Assembly (NCBI GenBank): GCA_964016885.1
Contig: OZ024741.1
Location: 351,726,001-351,790,000 of the forward strand
DNA length: 64,000 bases
Origin: Eledone cirrhosa
Taxonomy: Eukaryota
Reading direction: 5' to 3'
The notes beneath the pieces are model-generated. The model was not told where the DNA came from and searched no databases. It saw only the letters and a program-made list of their open reading frames with translations. Positions 12,838 to 25,699 of this stretch are shown here, piece after piece; the first letter of the stretch is position 1; each line of letters opens with the position of its first letter. The position numbers were made by a program, and so were the translations under genes.

Positions 12838-15541
12838 CACCTCATAGTCAGGACGAGACGTACTAGACAGCAGAAGAGGACTATCCTCAGGAGAAAAATA
12901 TGGAAACTAAAGGATCCCACAGCCAGAAATAAATTTAAAAGCATATTACTTGATGCTTTCGACAGTAAGGAAGAGCAATTAGAGTCGTACAATATAGAGG
13001 AACAGTGGGAATTCCTGAAAGCAAACCTGCTGATGGCGGCAGACGAAGTCTGTGGCTGGAGCAGGCCTGTAGGCAGGAGGAGAGTAACATGGTGGTGGAA
13101 CAGTAAGGTGGAGGAGTCAACTAAGGCCAAAAAGCAGGCTTAGAAAGTATGGCGGGATGGGGGAAGTAGAGAAGACTATCAAGTGGCCAGGAGGGAAGCT
13201 AGGAGACAAGTGTACTTCGCAAGAAGGGAAGCAGAGGAAAGAAAGTTCAAGCATGTTCTACAACGCGAGCACCAAAAACGTGAGGTGTTCAGGATTGCTA
13301 GGCAATGTGTCAAGAAAAACCGTGATATTGTCGGGGAGAAGTGTGTACTTAATGATGATGGCGTACTTGCCATCATTGACGCTGATAAGAAGGTAGCTTG
13401 GAAGTGTCACTACGAAAGGCTACTAAATGAGGAGAATAAATGGGAGAAAGACAGTCTCCCCCACATCGACCCAATAGAGGGACCAGCAGTGTTAGTCGAA
13501 GGTAGTATAATAAGTAAGGCAATCAAAGATATGAAAACGGGTAAGGCGGCTGGGCCTTCGGAAATAGTTGCTGAGATGCTGAAAGCCTCTGGAACGGTGG
13601 GACACACCATGGTCACCCGGATAGTAAACCAAGTCATACAGAATGGGGTTGTTCTGAAGGACTGGCGTAGCAGCATCATCGTTAACTGTTACAAGGGTAA
13701 AGGAGACGCCCTAGATAGGAGTAACTATAGAGGCATTAAATTAATCGACCAGGTCATGAAGGTCACGGAAAAAGTAATAGCGCAACTAATCAAAGAGAGA
13801 ATTGATCTAGATGAAATGCAGTTTGGGTTTGTGTCAGGCAAAAGTACCACAGACGCTCTTTTCATTGTACGACAACTACAGGAGAAGTACCTAGCTAAAA
13901 GTAAACCCCTATACTTAGCCTTTGTCGACTTGGAGAAAGCATTCGACAGAGTCCCCCGTTCCATTATCTGGTGGGCTCTTAGAAAACTAGGTGTTGATGA
14001 ATGGCTTGTGAGAGCTATACAAGCCATGTATAAAGAAACAGTCAGCAAGGTTAGAATTAACAACGAATATAGTGAAGAGTTTAGCGTAAAAGTGGGTGTT
14101 CATCAGGGCTCTGTTCTTAGCCCCCTACTATTTATTATTGCACTTCAGGCTATAACAGTGGAGTTCAAGACCGGCTGCCCATGGGAACTCCTATACGCAG
14201 ATGATCTAACGCTCATAGCTGAATCAATGGCCGAGCTAGAGGAGAAATTCCAAACATGGAAGCACGGCCTAGAATCAAAAGGCCTTAAAATTAACCTGGC
14301 TAAGACTAAAGTTCTAGTTTGTAGGAAAGAAAATAAGGCACCGGTCCCTTCCGGGAAATGGCCATGCTCAGTGTGTAGGCAAGGCGCAGGTAGAAACTGC
14401 ATTTTATGTTCCAAATGCAAAGTATGGGTGCATAAAAGATGTAGTGGGATCACAGGTAAGCTAACTAAGAACATAGATTTTACATGTGGCCGGTGCTCTG
14501 GTGCAATAAATAGCAGCAAGTGCCAACAAAATACTAGCTCTTTCAATTGCGCAGAGGGTTCTATAGAAATAGTGGACAGCTTCCGTTACCTGGGTGACAA
14601 AATCAGCAGTGGGGGAGAGTGCTCTGAAAGTACAGTAGCTAGAGTCAGAACTGGATGGAAAAAGTTCAGAGAGCTTATACCACTATTAGCCGCTAAAGGG
14701 TTCTCCCTAAAAATGAAAGGCAGGCTGTATGATGCCTGCATACGAACAGCAATGTTGCATGGCAGTGAGACCTGGGCATTGTGTGCAGAGGATATACGCA
14801 GACTAGAGAGGAACGAAGCTTGCATGCTCCGCTGGATGTGTAATAGTAATATACGTGAACGGCAAAGCATAAACGAACTAAGGGAAAAATTAGAAATAAG
14901 AGGGATCAGATGTTGTTTACTCGAGAGAAGGCTACATTGGTATGGTCACGTGATGCGCATGAAAGACGACAGCTGTATAAAAAAGTGCAGGGCAATAAAG
15001 ATAGACGGTAGCCACGGAGTAGGCAGACCCAGAATAACCTGGGACGACCTGATAAATTCCGACCTCACACACACCTCTCCAAGACAATGTCACTGGACCG
15101 AGATCTTTGGCGGTACTCAGTAATAGAGAAGACCCGCCTTACCTAAATACAAAGTAAAACCTACTACAGTAAGTAGGCATCTCTAACAAAATACACCCCC
15201 GTCCCACCACCCCCACCCCATCCAGACCGCCCCTTTCAATGTAAAGTTATGTTGGTGCCACAACATCCAGGCCGAAACAAATGAGATCGTGTAGGTCTCA
15301 CGACAAAAAAACACACAGTCCACGCTGTAATGTGGCCGTGTAGGCAACACGGTAAAAACCTCCCAGTCCCACGCTGTAAATGTGGTTGGTGTTAGGAAGG
15401 GCATCCAGCTGCAGAAAACCGCCAGACAGTCCTATTCGAGCAAGACAACCACTCTTGCCTCAAGTGGGAAAACTCCCGTCCAAACCCATGCAAGCGTGGT
15501 ACATGGACGTTAAACGACGATGATGATGATGATGATGATGA
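12838..15541 (+). mobile_element. RTE-clade LINE, same family, 5'-truncated, with a stop at 13141 and a small deletion near the ORF end
   Basis: 646-aa ORF nearly identical to the 34371 ORF. It has the same 3' UTR and (GAT)n tail and is flanked by TA/TACA microsatellites. Confidence 0.95.
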
Positions 15542-15704
15542 TACATACGTATATATATATATATATATATATACATACATATATATGTACATATATATAT
15601 ATATACATACATATATATGTACATATATATATATATATATATACATACATATATATGTACATATATATATATATATATATACATACATATATATATACAT
15701 ATAT

Positions 15705-16942
15705 ATAGTAATAATAATAAATTTGAAGACTAAAATCCAAAGAGGGCTCGATAAGGATAAATATATATCAAATATATAAGAACCGTAGAGCAAATATTTA
15801 TTAAAATAACAGATTAAAGTTTAAGCAAAGAATCGCTGCTTTCACCCTTAACGGGATCTTCTGAAACTAACAAAGTCAATCTGTAAACGCAGAACTGGAT
15901 ATTTCAAAAAACGTTGCAACCGGAGGAAGACAGGAAGACGATACTTTGGTTCGTGGAAACGTTCGCTGGCGAAGAATGGGAAAAAACGAATAATACGTCA
16001 TTAATAGAGGCGGTGAAAAACATTTACGCGCAAAGACAGAACCACGTTTATGGTATAAAAGAGGTCGTAGACTAATGTTCTCTTAGGTGGTGCATAGATA
16101 CGTTCTCTGGCAACGAACGAAAAAACGAAGATAATACGTCATATGTGGAGCGTGGAGAACAATAGCACGCGAAGACAAAACCACGTAAATGGTATAGCAG
16201 AAGTCGTAGACTAAAATTCTAACTAGGGGACCAAATGAATCTCCGCTACAGAGTTAAGAACAAAGTAAATAAATACAATACAGAAGTAATAGAAATAAAT
16301 AAATAAATACATACACGCAAACAAAAACGTACATACACAAGCATACGCAAAACCTTACCATAGGTATACAAAACCACGCACATATAAATATGTGTGTGTG
16401 TGTGTATGCGTGTGTTGTTTGCGTGTATGTATTTATTTATTTCTATTACTTCTGTATTGTATTTATTTACTTTGTTCTTAACTCTGTAGCGGAGATTCAT
16501 TTGGTCTCCTAGTTAGAATTTTAGTCTACGACTTCTGCTATACCATTTACGTGGTTTTGTCTTTGCGTGCTATTGTTCTCCACGCTCCACACAAGACGTA
16601 TTATCTTCGTTTTTTTCGTTCATTGCCAGAGAACGTCTCTATGCACCACCTAAGAGAACATTAGACTACGACCTCTTTTATACCATAAACGTGGTTCTGT
16701 CTTTGTGCGTAAATGTTTTTCACCGCTCCTATTAATGACGTATTATTCGCTTTTTCCCGTTCTTCGCCAGCGAACGTTTCCACAAACCAAAGTATCGTCT
16801 TCCTGTCTTCCTCCGGTTGCAACGTTTTTTGAAATATCCAGTTCTGCGTTTACAGATTGACTTTGTTAGTTTCAGAAGATCCCGTTAAGGGTGAAAGCAG
16901 CGATTCTTTGCTTAAACTTTAAATCTGTTATTTTAATAAATA
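15705..16942. repeat. Large (TA)n-flanked foldback element (family A): ~530-bp inverted arms, ~90-bp spacer, ~90-bp one-sided extension
   Basis: 15795-~16323 is the reverse complement of ~16415-16942 with few substitutions. Related short copies at 41715-41880 and 21175-21258. Confidence 0.92.
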
Positions 16943-17006
16943 TACATATATATATATATATATATACATACATATTTATACATTCATATATATATACATA
17001 TATATA

Positions 17007-17713
17007 TAGTAATAGTAATATACGTGAACGGCAAAGCATAAACGAACTAAGGGAAAAATTAGAAATAAGAGGAATCAGATATTGTTTACTCGAGAGAAGG
17101 CTACGTTGGTATGGTCACGTGATGCGCATGAAAGACGACAGCTGTATAAAAAAGTGCAGGGCAATAAAGATAGACGGTAGCCACGGAATAGGCAGACCCA
17201 GATAAACCTGGGACGACCTGATAAATTCCGACCTCACACACTTACACCTCTCCAAGACAATGTCACTGGACCGAGATCTTTGGCGGTACTCAGTAATAGA
17301 GAAGACCCGCCTTACCTAAATACAAAGTAAAACCTACTCCAGTCAGTAGGCATCTCTAACAAAATACACCCCCGTCCCACCACCCCCACCCCATCCAGAC
17401 CGCCCCTTTCAATGTAAAGTTATGTTGGTGCCACAACATCCAGGCCGAAACAAATGAGATCGTGTAGGTGTCACGACAAAAAAAAACACACAGGTCACGC
17501 TGTAATGTGGCCGTGTAGGCAATACGGTAAAAACCTCCCAGTCCCACACTGTAAATGTGGTTGGTGTTAGGAAGGGCATCCAGCTGTAGAAAACCGCCAG
17601 ACAGTCCTATTCGAGCAAGACAACCACTCTTGCCTCAAGTGGGAAAACTCCCGTCCAAACCCATGCAAGCGTGGAACATGGACGTTAAACGATGATGATG
17701 ATGATGATGATGA
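17007..17713 (+). mobile_element. RTE LINE 3' fragment with UTR and (GAT)n tail
   Basis: NSNIRERQSINELREKLEIRGIR...; UTR is near-identical to 15150-15541. Confidence 0.92.
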
Positions 17714-17832
17714 TATACATATATATGCATACATATATATATACATATATATGCATATGCATATACATACATATACATATATATACATACATATATATAT
17801 ATACATACATACATATACATACATACATATAC

Positions 17833-17870
<38 letters not shown>

Positions 17871-18049
17871 GAATAACTTCTACAGGACTAGAACTGTTTC
17901 TTTCAAATGAAACAGTTCTCGTCCTGTAGAAGTTATTTCTATCATCATCATCATCATTTTACGTCTCTTTTCCCTTCTTGCAGGTGTAAGAGATGGGTCC
18001 TTTTCAGCACAGCATCTCACCTCGTCACGATCCTTCATCATCACCTACC

Positions 18050-18342
18050 TGCATTTGGCCTATCACTGACACTTCTACTATCAATTTTCCCTGAACATCT
18101 TACCCCACTACACCTCTTGTGTACCCAAGATTTGCATTGTGTACATTGTATAGAGTTTATGCCAACTTTTTTTCTGTATATCAAGCATGGTCCATTCCCT
18201 TGATAGAATCAGAGTCTTGTCCTCTTTCCTATTTATCAATACTTTAGTCTTTGCTAAGTTCACTCTCAGTCCTCTTGATTTTAATTGCTGTTTCCACAGC
18301 TGGAATTTATTCTCCAGCGCATCTACTGATTCTGCTATAAGT
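18050..18342 (-). mobile_element. Degenerate RTE RT fragment
   Basis: LIAESVDALENKFQLWKQQLKSRGLRVNLAKTKVL. Confidence 0.8.
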
Positions 18343-19390
18343 ATCATCATCATCATCATCATCATCACTGTTTTACGTCCGTTCTTCCACACTAGCATGG
18401 GTTAGACGGGTTGTGCTGTTGTGGGCAGTGTCTGGTTGGCTGACCATGCCTTGCTCATACAGGAACTGATTTGGCTTGATTTCTACAGCTGGATGCCCTT
18501 CCTAACACCAACCTCATTTACAGTGAGTGCTGGGTGCTTTTTCGTGGTGCCTACAAGTCCACTTTACAGTGTGGGCTGGGTGCTTTTTTGCCGTGGCATC
18601 GCCACGACCACTTTGCAGTGGGAGGGTGTGGGGGCATATTGTCTATATGCTTCAGCATGTACCCATGGGAGGTCGGGTACTCTGTATTACTGTGTGATGC
18701 CAGAGGTCACGGTCGTGTGTATCGCCTTTCAGAGGTGTAATTGGGTAAGGTCTGCTTTTATCACCTCATCCCAGGTCATCTTGGGTCTCCCCACTCAGCG
18801 GTTTCCATCGACTTCTAGTGCTCTGCACCTTTTTATGCAGCTGTCATACGCATCACATGTCCATACCAACGCCTCTCCTGCACACAGCATTTGATTCCTC
18901 TTATGCTCAGTCTCTCTCTCAATTCGTTTATGCTTTGTCGTTCGCGTATATTACTATTCCACATCCATCGGAGCATGCAGGCTTCGTTTCTCTCTAATCT
19001 ATGTAAGTCTTCCACCTTCAGTGCCCAGGTCTCACTACCATGTAACATTGCTGTTCGGATACACGCATCATACAGTCTGCCTTTCATTTTGAGGGAGAAG
19101 CCTTTTGCAGCTAGCAGTGGCAGTAGTTCCCTGAACTTCTTCCATCCCGTTCTTACCCTAGTTATTGTACTTTCTGAACACCCACCTCCGCTGCTAATTC
19201 GATCACCTAGGTAGCAGAAACTGTCTACTGTCTCTACAGAGCCCTCCCAGAGATTGGTGGTACTTGTTTCCTGTGGCTGTTTGTTGCTTGCTGTCCCAGT
19301 ACAGCTGCTGCATGTGAAGCCTACATTCTTAATTAAGCTTCCTGAGATCCCGCTACATCTTTTGTGTACCCATTGTTTGCATATATAACA
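18343..19390 (-). mobile_element. RTE LINE 3' fragment, second subfamily
   Basis: ORF 18833-19423 (WVHKRCSGI, DSFCYLGD, MLHGSETW). Its UTR matches 181-511 and 41905-42205; (ATC)n tail. Confidence 0.9.
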
Positions 19391-19663
19391 AAGTTGCTTA
19401 TACTCTACCAATGTATTGAGCACCTTTTTTAACTGTGGTTACTCCCCGACACAACTGGGGAATTTACATGTGTACATGCAGCACACACACATACACACAA
19501 GAGCAAGAATGAAGGGTTCATTCTACTGACATGGCTATAAAATTGAGCCTTGTTTGCGTAATTTCAAGCGAATCGAATGTTGTTATTAATATTAAAAAAA
19601 CTCAGATTATATTTATTGTATTCAGCCACGTAGAGCGAAAATTTTCTTTTATATATATATATA

Positions 19664-19922
19664 TATTATAAATATAAGCTATCGCCGTATTTTGACTAAA
19701 GAAATTAAAGAAATTATTTAGCCTGATAGTGGAGTTAAGAACCCTCGGAGAAATGGAAAAAGATGAGTATTGACATCAATACTCATCTTTTTCCATTTCT
19801 CCCTGGGTTCTTAACCACACTATCAGGCTAAATAATTTCTTTAATTCCTTTAGTCAAAATACGGCGATAGCTTATATTTATAATTTCAAACTCGCTCGCT
19901 GTTTCGAAAATATTCTTACTTG
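19664..19922. repeat. (TA)n-flanked foldback (family E)
   Basis: ~108-bp arms centred at ~19773 (GATGAGTATTGA-CA-TCAATACTCATC), plus a ~40-bp extension. Confidence 0.85.
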
Positions 19923-19932
19923 ATATATATAT

Positions 19933-20355
19933 ATGAATGTATGTATAATATATTTGGCAATATACCGTATGTTTAATTAAAAACATTTTGAAGACCTTGC
20001 GTTATCCTTTTAAAGTAGTGACTATGTCACTTCTTTTTTAATTTTTTAATTTTTGCTGGACCGGCAATCGCTCTGTATAATCAGTTCCTGATTATTACTG
20101 GAATTCTATAAGAATCCAGCCTCTATAATTTTCGGCAGAGGCAGGGAGTACGTTGCTCTGAGGAACACCAACAGTGTGAAACAGAATCTATCAGCTTCTC
20201 TCCCTTCCTTTGCAGAAAAAAGAAGTAACATAGTCACTACTTTAAAATGAAAGCGTAAGGTCTTCAAAATGTTTTTAATTAAATATATGGTATATTGCCA
20301 AATATACTATACATACATTCATGTATACATCGCTATTTCAGAACACCAATCCTAA
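19933..20355. repeat. (TA)n-flanked inverted-repeat element (family F)
   Basis: ~105-bp arms (19933-20038 and 20216-20323) around a ~180-bp spacer, plus a short extension. Confidence 0.85.
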
Positions 20356-21288
20356 TATATATATATATATATGTGGCCATGACAAGGAAGACTAGCACCC
20401 AATATAAAATTTCAATAACTTCCTTATCTATTATGTTCACCTCTATCTTTACTACCTTAGCCCATAAATAAAACAGTTAGCTCCAAATGTATTTCAGATC
20501 CTGTTTCTTTTCATCACAACAGACACTCACATTTCCTAAAATGGCCCTCTTTGAACTATAGAATGACATTGCTTATTCTGGCAGTACCATAAATACTTGA
20601 AGCCCATTGGCTACTATCCATTTCACTTCCTCCTCTTTCCCTTTTACACAAATATACCTAAAAAATAGTTATACTATTATTTCAGGAATGAGTGAATAGA
20701 AAAAATATGCATATCCAGCTCTCATAGATGATTATGTAATCAGTGATGATTACCTGTTTTTCCTAATATAATAATTTATACTAATTTACTCTGAATTCTT
20801 GGAACCTGTACCATACTTGAGGATTTAAGATCTGAAAAATTATATTACAGGACTCCATTAACCATGTTGAGAAAAATATTTGGTAAGCTGTTCTTTCACT
20901 AATGTTTACATAATCATTCCACAAATATGATTTTACCAACATAAAGTAAAAACTCCCTTATCTTCTCATATATATATTATATTATATAATATATTATTTA
21001 TTTATGTTCATAAGTACCTGAAGATTAGTTCACAATTTTGAACCTCCTTACATTCTGGAGATATGGTCAATATTGGGTCTTGAAACCATAGGTATATAAA
21101 GTGCTTTGTTTCATGTATGAACATAAATAAAAAATAATATAATATATCAGCTCTCTTCCTGATATATATATATTATAAGAACAGATTAAAGTTTAAGCAA
21201 AGAATCGCTGTTTTCACCCTTCTCTTTGGATTTTAGTCTTCACATAAATTATTACTATATATATATATATACATATATATCCCTCTCC

Positions 21289-22927
21289 AAGATCATCATC
21301 ATCAACGTTTAACGTCCGTGTTCCACGCTTGCATGGGTTTGGACGGGGGTTTTCCCACTTGAGGCAAGAGTGATTGTCTTGCTCGCATAGGACTGTCTGG
21401 CGGGTTTTCTACAGCTGGATGCCCTTCCTAACACCAACCACATTTACAGTGTGGGGCTGGGAGGTTTTTACCGTGTTGCCTACACGGCCACATTACAGCG
21501 TGGACTGTGTGTTTTTTTGTCGTGACACCTACACGATCTCATTTGTTTCGGCCTGGATGTTGTGGCACCAACATAACTTTACATTGAAAGGGGCGGTGTG
21601 GATGGGGTGGGGGGTGGGGGTGGGACGGGGGTGTATTTTGTTAGAGATGCCTACTGACTGTAGTAGGTTTTACTTTGTATTTAGGTAAGGCGGGTCTTCT
21701 CTATTACTGAGTACCGCCAAAGGTCTCGGTCCAGTGACATTGTCTTGGAGAGGTGTAAGTGTGTGAGGTCGGAATTTATCAGCTCGTCCCAGGTTTTTCT
21801 GGGTCTGCCTACTCCGTAGCTACCGTCTATCTTTATTGCCCTGCACTTTGTTATACAGCTGTCGCCTTTCATGCGCATCATGTGACCATAACAACGTAGC
21901 CTTCTCTCGAGTAAACAACATCTGATCCCTCTTATTTCTAATTTTTTCCTTAGTTCGCTTATGCTTTGCCGTTCACGTATGTTACTATTACACATCCAGC
22001 GGAGCATGCAAGCTTCGTTCCTCTCTAGTCTGCGTATATCCTCTGCACACAATGCCCAGGTCTCACTGCCATGCAACATTGCTGTTCGTATGCAGGCATC
22101 ATACAACCTGCCTTTCATTTTTAGGGAGAACCCTTTAGTGGCTAATAGTGGTATAAGCTCTCTGAACTTTTTCCATCCAGTTCTGACTCTAGCTACTGTA
22201 CTTTTAGAGCACCCTCCCCCACTGCTGATTTTGTCACCCAGGTAACGGAAGCTGTCCACTATTTCTATAGAACCCTCTGCGCAATTGAAAGAGCTAGTAT
22301 TTTGTTGGCACTTGCTGCTACTTATTGCACCAGAGCACCGGCCACATGTAAAATCTATGTTCTTAGTTAGCTTACCTGTGATCCCACAACAATGTTTTAT
22401 GCACCCATACTTTGCATTTGGGACATAAAATGGAGTTTCTACCTACGCCTTTCCTACACACTGAGTATGGCCATTTCCCGGAAGGGACCGGCGCCTTATT
22501 TTCTTTCCTACAAACTAGAACTTTTGTCTTAGCCAGGTTAATTTTAAGGCCTTTTGATTCTAGGCCGTGCTTCCATGTTTGGAATTTCTTCTCTAGCTCG
22601 GCCATTGATTCAGCTATGAGCGTTAGATCATCTGCGTATAGGAGTTCCCATGGGCAGCCGGTCTTGAACTCCACTGTTATAGCCTGAAGGGCAATAATAA
22701 ATAGTAGGGGGCTAAGAACAGAGCCCTGATGAACACCAACTTTTACACTAAACTCTTCACTATATTCGTTGTTAATTCTAACCTTGCTGACTGTTTCTTT
22801 ATACATGGCTTGTATAGCTCTCACAAGCCATTCATCAACACCTAGTTTTCTAAGAGCCCACCAGATAATGGAACGGGGGACTCTGTCGAAGGCTTTCTCC
22901 AAGTCAACAAAAGCTAAGTATAGGGGC
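21289..22927 (-). mobile_element. RTE-clade LINE, 5'-truncated, minus strand
   Basis: ORFs 22372-22998 and 21681-22259 match the family. There is an (ATC)n tail at ~21295, and CAAGAT on both flanks. Confidence 0.92.
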
Positions 22928-23349
22928 AAGATATATATATATATATCCTGGAGAGGGATAGGCTCCGCCAGGCATATAAAATGCCCCAGAAATGACATAT
23001 GCCACTATGGCACCCCTACGACTCCATCAGGGGTTATGGGACCATACCATATATATGAAAAAGAGAAAGAAAGGAAAGAGGAAGAGATTGACAATATTAG
23101 GTGCCAGAAAACTCTGGACACAGACTTAGACTCCAGCCCTTCCTAAGCTAATCAACACTGAAAGCACCATTGTTTCCCCTTCAACATGATAGCCACCACA
23201 TCACTGAGAGTCACTACCACATTCTGTGTTTTGTAATGAGGAGATAGAGAGTGAAACCACTGTAACAAGGAAAATGATGATGATGATGAGAAAATAAGGA
23301 AAGAACTGAAAACAGAATGAGGCAGCGGATGAGAAAGATTCTGTCCTAC

Positions 23350-23553
23350 CTCAATATGGGAGTGTTTGGCCAACCGGAGTGCTGCATTGTAGTAACCAGC
23401 TCTCAAGAAGTACTCTACTAACATGCGGTCAAGGCGCGTTTTCTTCCATAATGACACAGCACTGGATTGATTGCTGTCATATTCCTTCAGGTGGTCCACT
23501 CGGCGTTTGGTCATCTGAGCAGCTTCCAATTCATCATTTATACTTTCATCAGC
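23350..23553 (-). CDS. MAEA: MAEA (macrophage erythroblast attacher / GID9, CTLH complex) internal exon, LisH region
   Basis: ttttcag|GCT...GAG|gtagga. 204 nt encode ADESINDELEAAQMTKRRVDHLKEYDSNQSSAVSLWKKTRLDRMLVEYFLRAGYYNAALRLAKHSHIE, which matches vertebrate MAEA (..KRRIEHLKEH..W.R.R.DRM.VEHLLRCGYYNTA.KLA..S.IE) as recalled. Phase 0-0. Confidence 0.95.
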
Positions 23554-24159
23554 CTGAAAGAGAACAAGAAAAAAAAAATATATATATATATATAACACAG
23601 AGCGCTCTTTTTTCTTTATTTCTTCTATGGAAACCCTTGACACTGTATATATATATATATCAGTAATTTGAACTCTTGCCTAATTAGGTCAGCGTGACCA
23701 TATGCTGACCTTGTAACACAAAGATGTTCGGGGGGGGGGGGGGGGGGGTAGTCTCAAACTGACACCAGTTAGTTTTGAGAGACTGGCCAACTAGAGATTC
23801 TTTTGAGATAACATTTTGAGGTAACAAAAGCTGCCCCCAGTCAATAGCACAGAGATCCTACAGATCAGCTAAGATGTAGTGGTCAACTGTCTCATACTGA
23901 GAACCCTTTAGGTCTCTCTCCCCCTTTTTCTCTCTTTGCTTTTCTCTCTCTCTCTCTTGGTCCTTCTCACTGCCAGGCCAACGAAATTCATAGCATTAAC
24001 AGAAGTTTGGTAAATATATATATGTATTGTGAGTACACACAACAATGAAATCAACACAACACACCGTCAACCTATCTTATCCCATCATCTAACACTCTAT
24101 ATATGGAGCTGCTGTATATATATATATATAAAATTCAAAGGGTATATATATATATAAAA

Positions 24160-24482
24160 TTAGACAGTCACAGTTCTTTTCCGCGATGTACAGCCATATG
24201 ACACTTACCTAGTATTTCTCCCAGTTTTTAAACATTGATTATCCAAATAGTTTACATGGGATTAGGTACAAAATCGAAGTTAGAAGAAAAAATGCACATA
24301 AATTTTATGTCATATGGCTGTACATCGCGGAAAAGAATCTGTATCACTTGTCTATTATTTCTTCATAAGTACATTTTAAACTTATAGCCTCGTTTAAATG
24401 ATTTTTTGTGTGGTTGATTTATACTGATTGAGAGAGGAAATACTGTATTTATTTTATCTAATGATTCTTTGGACTTACTTTT
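24160..24482. repeat. (TA)n-flanked inverted-repeat element (family G)
   Basis: TTCTTTTCCGCGATGTACAGCCATATGACA ... TGTCATATGGCTGTACATCGCGGAAAAGAA, plus an extension. Confidence 0.75.
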
Positions 24483-24499
24483 ATATATATATATATATA

Positions 24500-24790
24500 T
24501 GTGTGAATGAAGTAATTCCATCGGAAAAGTCCAGGAAAAAAGAGTGCTCTATGTATGCAACAGAGCTTAATTATTATTATTATGTAATAAACAACATAAG
24601 GCAATTATTCCATTTACCAGTGGTTTCTTAAAAGCAAAAGGTTTTGCTTTCAATCCTCAGAATGGGAAAAAGCTGGTTTTAGAAAACCAGCTTTTTCCCG
24701 TTCTGAGGATTGAAAGCAAAACCTTTTGCTTTTAAGAAACCACTGGTAAATGGAATAATTGCCTTATGTTGTTTATTACATAATAATAAT
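24500..24790. repeat. (TA)n-flanked foldback element (family B); relatives at 1-150 and 42260-42422
   Basis: ~110-bp near-perfect arms centred at ~24680, plus a one-sided extension AGAGTGCTCTATGTA..CAGAGC shared by the relatives. Confidence 0.85.
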
Positions 24791-25012
24791 ATATATATAT
24801 ATATATATAGCTAGAGAGAGAAATATGACAAATAAAGATGACTATACTCCACTAACGTTTTGCATACTTTTTTAAACTCAATTACACACACACACACATA
24901 TATAAACGAATAAAAATAACCAAGATTAAATTACATTAAATTATTTACATACAAACACACTATCATCATCATCATCATTTTACGTCCGCACTATATATAT
25001 ATATATATATAT

Positions 25013-25362
25013 GGAGGCACATGGCTTAGTGGTTAGAGCATTGGCCTTGCAATCAAAAGGTTGTGAGTTCAATTCTCAGACCGGGTGATGTGTTGTTTCC
25101 TTGAGCAAGACACTTTATTTCACATTGCTCCAGTTTACTCAGCTGTAGAAATGAGATGATAGGGACTGAGGTCCATATCATTCCACTGTAAAGTGGACGT
25201 GTAGGTGCCATGGCAAAAAGCACCCAGCACTCACTGTAAATGAGGTTGGTGTTAGGAAGGGCATCCAGCTGTAGAAATCAAGCCAGAATCAGTTCCTGTC
25301 CCACCCTTGCGAGCAGGGAAAAAGCGGACGTAAAAATGAAATGATGATGATGAAATGATGAT
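25013..25362 (+). mobile_element. tRNA-derived SINE, same family as 7532-7921, with one UTR module fewer
   Basis: Near-identical head, body and tail. Confidence 0.85.
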
Positions 25363-25548
25363 ATATATATATATATATAGATATATATAGATATATATAT
25401 ATATATTTAAAGGTTAAACAAGGTTCGATGAATAAATCAAAGAATTAGTTTTACAATAGATTGGAAGCACTCAACAAAAAGGTTTTCTGGAGTTATTAAT
25501 ATTCATTTAAAATATTAACAAAAATAGAACTTCATTGTGATCAAGTAT

Positions 25549-25613
25549 ATTTTATTATACATATTTCAGAGGTACTGAGCTAACTTCAACAGTATGTCCT
25601 CATCAGATAAAAT
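25549..25613 (-). ncRNA. Type-I hammerhead ribozyme candidate
   Basis: ATTTTAT-CTGATGA-GGA(CATACTG..CAGTACC)TCT-GAAA-TATGTA-TA-ATAAAAT; 7-bp stem I. Confidence 0.55.
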
Positions 25614-25699
25614 AAGATGATGCATGACATACCCTGACATAGTAGATGGTTAAGATCCAGTCATGGATCTTAACCATCTACTATGGTGAGACCATCTAC

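Noticed and set aside
13410-14870. Recurrent antisense ORFs within RTE copies
   Set aside because: Short shadow frames of the RT coding strand with no independent evidence.
21014-21100. Hammerhead-like CTGAAGA...GAAACCATAGGTA (similar partial motifs at ~43925-43972 minus and at 1-25)
   Set aside because: Stem I or core nucleotides do not pair or match; too degenerate to call.
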